A DNA stretch of 64,000 nucleotides from Cenarchaeum sp. (GTDB lineage Archaea > Thermoproteota > Nitrososphaeria > Nitrososphaerales > Nitrosopumilaceae). Shown one piece after another: positions 60,138 to 64,000 of this stretch; position 1 is the first letter of the stretch; every line of letters begins with the position of its first letter. A program made the position numbers and the translations under genes. The notes under the pieces are model-generated. The model saw nothing but the letters and a program-made list of their open reading frames with translations. It was not told the DNA's origin and searched no databases. Location: NCBI GenBank assembly GCA_963693095.2, contig OY843768.1, positions 928,001-992,000 on the forward strand. Direction: 5' to 3'.

Positions 60138-61312
60138 CGCCTTCGCAGCAGATAGAGCGCAGCTCCGGCGGCTCCGGCAATGATTGCGCCCATCACATAG
60201 AGAATTAGCGGGTCGGTCCCGTCAGTTCCTGACGGTGCCGGGGCAACAGTCGGGGGCTGTGGGACAGTTGGCTGCGATGGCTCTAAAGGCTCGTCGATCG
60301 GAACTATAGAGAATGCGAGCTCCTCGTCCTCGACTAGCCTGTTGTCGCCAAACAGGAAGCGTCCGTCTATGAACGGGCCTGTCGAGGGGTCAAAGACCCA
60401 GCCAGAGTGGCCGACTGCTGACGGGAGGAGCTCGCCGTTGATAAAGACTGTCGGAAGGAGTGTCGTCGAGGACGGCAGTATTCGCGAGGGCACGTCGGGA
60501 ACCACTATGGCGCGAACCAGCGAACCGAGCGGATTGGAGCCGTATGGAAACACGCTAGAGCGCTCAAGGGAGCTGACCGGCAGGAGCGCAAGCGGGTCGA
60601 TCTCGCGCGAGTCAGCGCCCTCAAGGATCGCCGAGACGCGAACCTGCATGAGCGGCGCGCCGGCCACCGGCGTCATGGAGATCAGCATCTGCGAGTCCTC
60701 AAGCGCAACTATGCGCCTAGACGCCTCGTAAAAGCCGCCCCCGTCGCGTATGTCGCGCGAGAGGATGATGCCGCCGATCTTTGTGTGCATCGAGGCCGTG
60801 TGCTCTTGCGGCATCGTATAGACTGCCGAGACTATGCGCCGGTCAGCAGCCTGCGCAAGGCGTGCGCCCTCGCTGTGGTGGATATAGACCGAGTGAAACG
60901 ATGCGCGCGTGTCAAATGCCGCGTTGAGCTCGTCGATATACGAGTCGCCGATCTCCCTCGCGCCTGCCTGCACCTCGTCAATGCCGCTCCACTCTCCGCT
61001 GCGCAGCGCGCTCACTAGTATGCACGACTCGCCAAGGACGCCGGGGACGCACGAGTCCTCGTTGGTCACTGCGATGTAGGCAATGCGATCGTCTGCCCCA
61101 ATTCTTGAGGCAAGCTCGTCGGGGAGCGTGATGTCATCTGTGCTCGTGCTCTGGAGCGTTATCGAGACTGTCGTGTTGCCGGCACCGGCCGTGTTGACTA
61201 GAACCTGCGCGACCTCGTGGAATGGAACAGTGTCGTCATCCTGGGCAACGGACGGCAAGACTTGCGACACGGCCACCAATAGGGCGGCAAGCATCAGAAT
61301 CCTGGCGAACAC
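60134..61312 (-). CDS. Exported protein with signal peptide, Pro-rich linker and C-terminal membrane anchor
   Basis: Signal-like N-terminus; PSQPTVPQPPTVAPAPS; C-terminal TM plus RRR. Confidence 0.75.
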   Translation of the reverse strand: MFARILMLAALLVAVSQVLPSVAQDDDTVPFHEVAQVLVNTAGAGNTTVSITLQSTSTDDITLPDELASRIGADDRIAYIAVTNEDSCVPGVLGESCILVSALRSGEWSGIDEVQAGAREIGDSYIDELNAAFDTRASFHSVYIHHSEGARLAQAADRRIVSAVYTMPQEHTASMHTKIGGIILSRDIRDGGGFYEASRRIVALEDSQMLISMTPVAGAPLMQVRVSAILEGADSREIDPLALLPVSSLERSSVFPYGSNPLGSLVRAIVVPDVPSRILPSSTTLLPTVFINGELLPSAVGHSGWVFDPSTGPFIDGRFLFGDNRLVEDEELAFSIVPIDEPLEPSQPTVPQPPTVAPAPSGTDGTDPLILYVMGAIIAGAAGAALYLLRRR

Positions 61313-61442
61313 GCGCGCGACCCGTGCGCCATGACTTAAAAGTCATGCGGGGGCGCACGACGCCACAACTGCCTCGCGAACCGCGCGTGTGGCGGCCATG
61401 GATGTTCCGGACAATGGCACCATTATCAAGGCCATGGCAGGA

Positions 61443-61937
61443 TCAAGATCGGGCAGACAAGACGTCCGAAAAGCGCATTCCGCACTTTGCCAGCCGGATT
61501 TTTAGAGTTTGGTTGCCAAAGGACAATGTGTCATTCTTTGTGTGAAGAATTGTGCTAATTGTTGACAATTTTTTAAGTACTATGATCGCGCATGGATCGT
61601 ATTTATCACACGACACAGAGTCCAATATTGTTTTTGCCAAAACAGCACCCATACTAAGCTGATCTTGGGCTTTGGATTTATATGACTTGCCCTTAGTTTC
61701 AACTAGGCCGACGCGCAGTATGTCGCCATCTTCAAATATTATGCAGTCATTCATTTTACCAGGTGGCCTTTTATGTGGTGGTAGTTTGTCACAATCAATA
61801 ATTGTAAAATTAGTGTCAGGGTCCGCACAAAACGTACAACCACTCTTATTGTTTTTGCATTGAGGTTTTGTGTAATTCTTGCTATCATCATCGCTATAGT
61901 ATTTGGCGTGTATTTTATCCACAAATGCAGATGGCAT
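61443..61937 (-). CDS. Putative PD-(D/E)XK-type partner of the ABC ATPase
   Basis: KMNDCII...LVETKG motif; AT-rich; TAATG stop/start overlap with the ATPase. Confidence 0.6.
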   Translation of the reverse strand: MPSAFVDKIHAKYYSDDDSKNYTKPQCKNNKSGCTFCADPDTNFTIIDCDKLPPHKRPPGKMNDCIIFEDGDILRVGLVETKGKSYKSKAQDQLSMGAVLAKTILDSVSCDKYDPCAIIVLKKLSTISTILHTKNDTLSFGNQTLKIRLAKCGMRFSDVLSARS

Positions 61938-63451
61938 TATTCATCATTGTCCTCGATCATTTTTTCAATGTTAATGCCCTCATTGTGCATATTGATGCCT
62001 ATATCGATAAACTCTTCTTGCGATATGCCATCTCTTGCAGAATGATCGATTTCTTTGATGATATGATCGCCCATAGAATTTTTTTGAAATATATATGGAC
62101 CCACTTCGCTGTCGTTCAGATAGTCATCTTTGTCATATCCACGAGCCTGACGTTGTTCTGGAGTGAGTGCCCCTAGCATCACAAACGTACTAAGCTTTTC
62201 CAGCAAGAATGCACTGTGCGTTGCAAGCATAACCCTAACACCCTTTCGCACAAGACGTACAATGTATTTTGCGAGAATTAGCTGGTTGCCCGGGTGCAGA
62301 TGAGCCTCTGGTTCATCGATGATTAGTGCCATGCCCTCTCCAATCTTGAATCGAAGAAGCAGTGAAATTGGCGCACATTCGGCAATTCCAGACGAGGTGG
62401 TGTGGAGCGGAAGGTCTTTGCCCATAAATCTATACACAATGTCCAACATGCCAAAAGAGTCTTCAGATAGTACCAACTCACCGTTAAATAGATCCGTTTC
62501 CAAGCTCTTTCCAAGATCGACAAGCTCACCCGGAGTTTTTTCATCGATTGCCATTATTCGGCTAGCAAAATCCGATAGAGCGCCAGAAATTTTTGGCGTC
62601 GAGGACGGCGCATCTCCGTTTGACTGGGAATGTCGTATGACGTTGGCCATAAAGGGCCTGTACGCGTGCATTATTCCCGAGCGACCTGAAGGAAGATAGT
62701 GAGAATCCAACGGCAAGTATTTGCCAGTGTCAAGCAATATCTGTAAAAAGAGGGATAAAAGTGCGATCAGCCCGTGATTGTCACGCATTTCAAGTCCAGT
62801 CACAATTTTTTCAACCATGTCATTGAGTGGAGTGTTGTCAATGTTGTGATCTGCCATGGACTGTGGGCGTGCAGATGGAACAGTGTCGATATTTTTTATG
62901 ACATATGGCATATTGGAAAAACTATATGTTGTGCCAATTTTGTCATTGAATGAGATGGTGATTTCCAGAGAATTTGAGATTTTGATTGTTGATGACTGCG
63001 AGTTTATTCGCACAAGATCTTGGAGGTCAACACCAAAAATATTTGTGAGCATACCGGGGAGGTAAACCTCAATTGTGCGCCTAAAGATCATTGTTTTGAC
63101 CTTATCGATATATTCATTTGGTATATCCATATGTTGAGTCCCAGATGTGGAATCGAGCATAGCCTGCATTTCAGACAACAGTGCCTGGAATTCTGGTTTC
63201 AAGATCTGCCGCTCCAAAAGTGCTGGAAATGACCAAGAGCGCGTGGAGAGAACATGGGCCGAGAATAGCGAGTGTGCCAGTTTTGCGGCATATGTCTTGC
63301 CTGAATTGTTAGGACCAATAAAGAGGGTAAGTGGCCGTATCGTGAACTTGCCCTGAGAGATTGGCCCAAAGTTGGAAACATCCACACCCAGGGCAAAATC
63401 CTGGACATCCACGGAACTATTGCCCCTAGTCATACGGGAGCCCACACGCAT
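61937..63451 (-). CDS. AAA_15/AAA_21-type ABC ATPase (defence/TA-associated class)
   Basis: NFGPI, GPNNSGKT, TSSG signature, IIDEPEAHLHP, ATHS; AT-rich. Confidence 0.88.
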   Translation of the reverse strand: MRVGSRMTRGNSSVDVQDFALGVDVSNFGPISQGKFTIRPLTLFIGPNNSGKTYAAKLAHSLFSAHVLSTRSWSFPALLERQILKPEFQALLSEMQAMLDSTSGTQHMDIPNEYIDKVKTMIFRRTIEVYLPGMLTNIFGVDLQDLVRINSQSSTIKISNSLEITISFNDKIGTTYSFSNMPYVIKNIDTVPSARPQSMADHNIDNTPLNDMVEKIVTGLEMRDNHGLIALLSLFLQILLDTGKYLPLDSHYLPSGRSGIMHAYRPFMANVIRHSQSNGDAPSSTPKISGALSDFASRIMAIDEKTPGELVDLGKSLETDLFNGELVLSEDSFGMLDIVYRFMGKDLPLHTTSSGIAECAPISLLLRFKIGEGMALIIDEPEAHLHPGNQLILAKYIVRLVRKGVRVMLATHSAFLLEKLSTFVMLGALTPEQRQARGYDKDDYLNDSEVGPYIFQKNSMGDHIIKEIDHSARDGISQEEFIDIGINMHNEGINIEKMIEDNDE

Positions 63452-63648
63452 GACAACAATATATCACTTTGTGGCACCACCACGCAAGGCCAGAGACGGC
63501 TTGCAGGGCAGGCCGACCTCCATGCGCCCCACAGGGCACTCTAGCTTTAAATCACCACGCTCAGGCGCTCCCGTCGGCATCGCTTCAAACCGTATGGGGC
63601 ACAGGGAGCCGGTGTCCGGTGCGTTGGATGCCGGCTCCCCCTTTCATC

Positions 63649-64000
63649 TTAACCTCGCTCAAGGTCGCGTGCCTGCTCGGCGACATAGTCCATGCCCTCC
63701 TGCCAGAACGACGCGCTTCCGATGTCAAAGCCGTGGCGCGCCATGAGGTCCTCGGGCTTTTCAGAGCCGCCGGCTGCCAGTATGCCAAGGTACGTCGGGG
63801 CAAACCCCGCGCCCTCAGAGGCGTATCTCGAAAAGAGCGAGAGGGCCATGAGGCACCCAAACGAGTACGCATAGCAGTAGAACGGCGAGTGGTAAAAGTG
63901 TGGGATTGCGACCCACTCGTCGGCAAAGTCGCCTGAAACGTCGACTGTGCGGCCAAACTGCGCGCGCAGCCCACGCATGTACTCGCCTGATATCTCGCCG
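63649..64000 (-). CDS. Oligoendopeptidase F (M3 family), C-terminal part; runs off the window
   Basis: EWVAIPHFYHSPFYCYAYSFG, LAAGGS..PEDL. Confidence 0.85.
   Translation of the reverse strand, partial: GEISGEYMRGLRAQFGRTVDVSGDFADEWVAIPHFYHSPFYCYAYSFGCLMALSLFSRYASEGAGFAPTYLGILAAGGSEKPEDLMARHGFDIGSASFWQEGMDYVAEQARDLERG

Overview
GC-rich archaeal chromosomal DNA. Gene content and order point to an ammonia-oxidising thaumarchaeon (Nitrosopumilaceae): aRF1, S25e, Rpo6, CdvC/ESCRT-III, TrmB, sufBD-Rieske-sufSU, hemLC-cobA-hemD, carAB, uvrBAC, and a malonic-semialdehyde-reductase-like Fe-ADH next to an LLM oxidoreductase. The high GC suggests a Cenarchaeum-like or host-associated lineage (inference). 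Most of the window is core housekeeping DNA, with two tRNAs: Ser-GGA (17-nt intron) and Thr-TGT. The main observation is that carB is split inside its conserved GEFDY motif by a 20-nt insert (31257-31276, minus strand). The insert folds into a bulge-helix-bulge/loop motif, and cutting at the canonical tRNA-splicing-endonuclease positions restores the frame and motif exactly, making it a candidate archaeal mRNA intron. Accessory material: an intact IS630 (21-bp perfect TIRs, TA duplication) splitting an Mrr-like nuclease gene; a low-GC ABC-ATPase + PD-(D/E)XK pair; a second PD-(D/E)XK two-gene module with a decayed duplicate; a truncated HNH-type gene next to a membrane TPR gene; and an 81-bp tandem repeat encoding a histone-H1-like tail. 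Several core genes seem to need CTG/ATA start codons. All calls come from reading the sequence; no searches were run.
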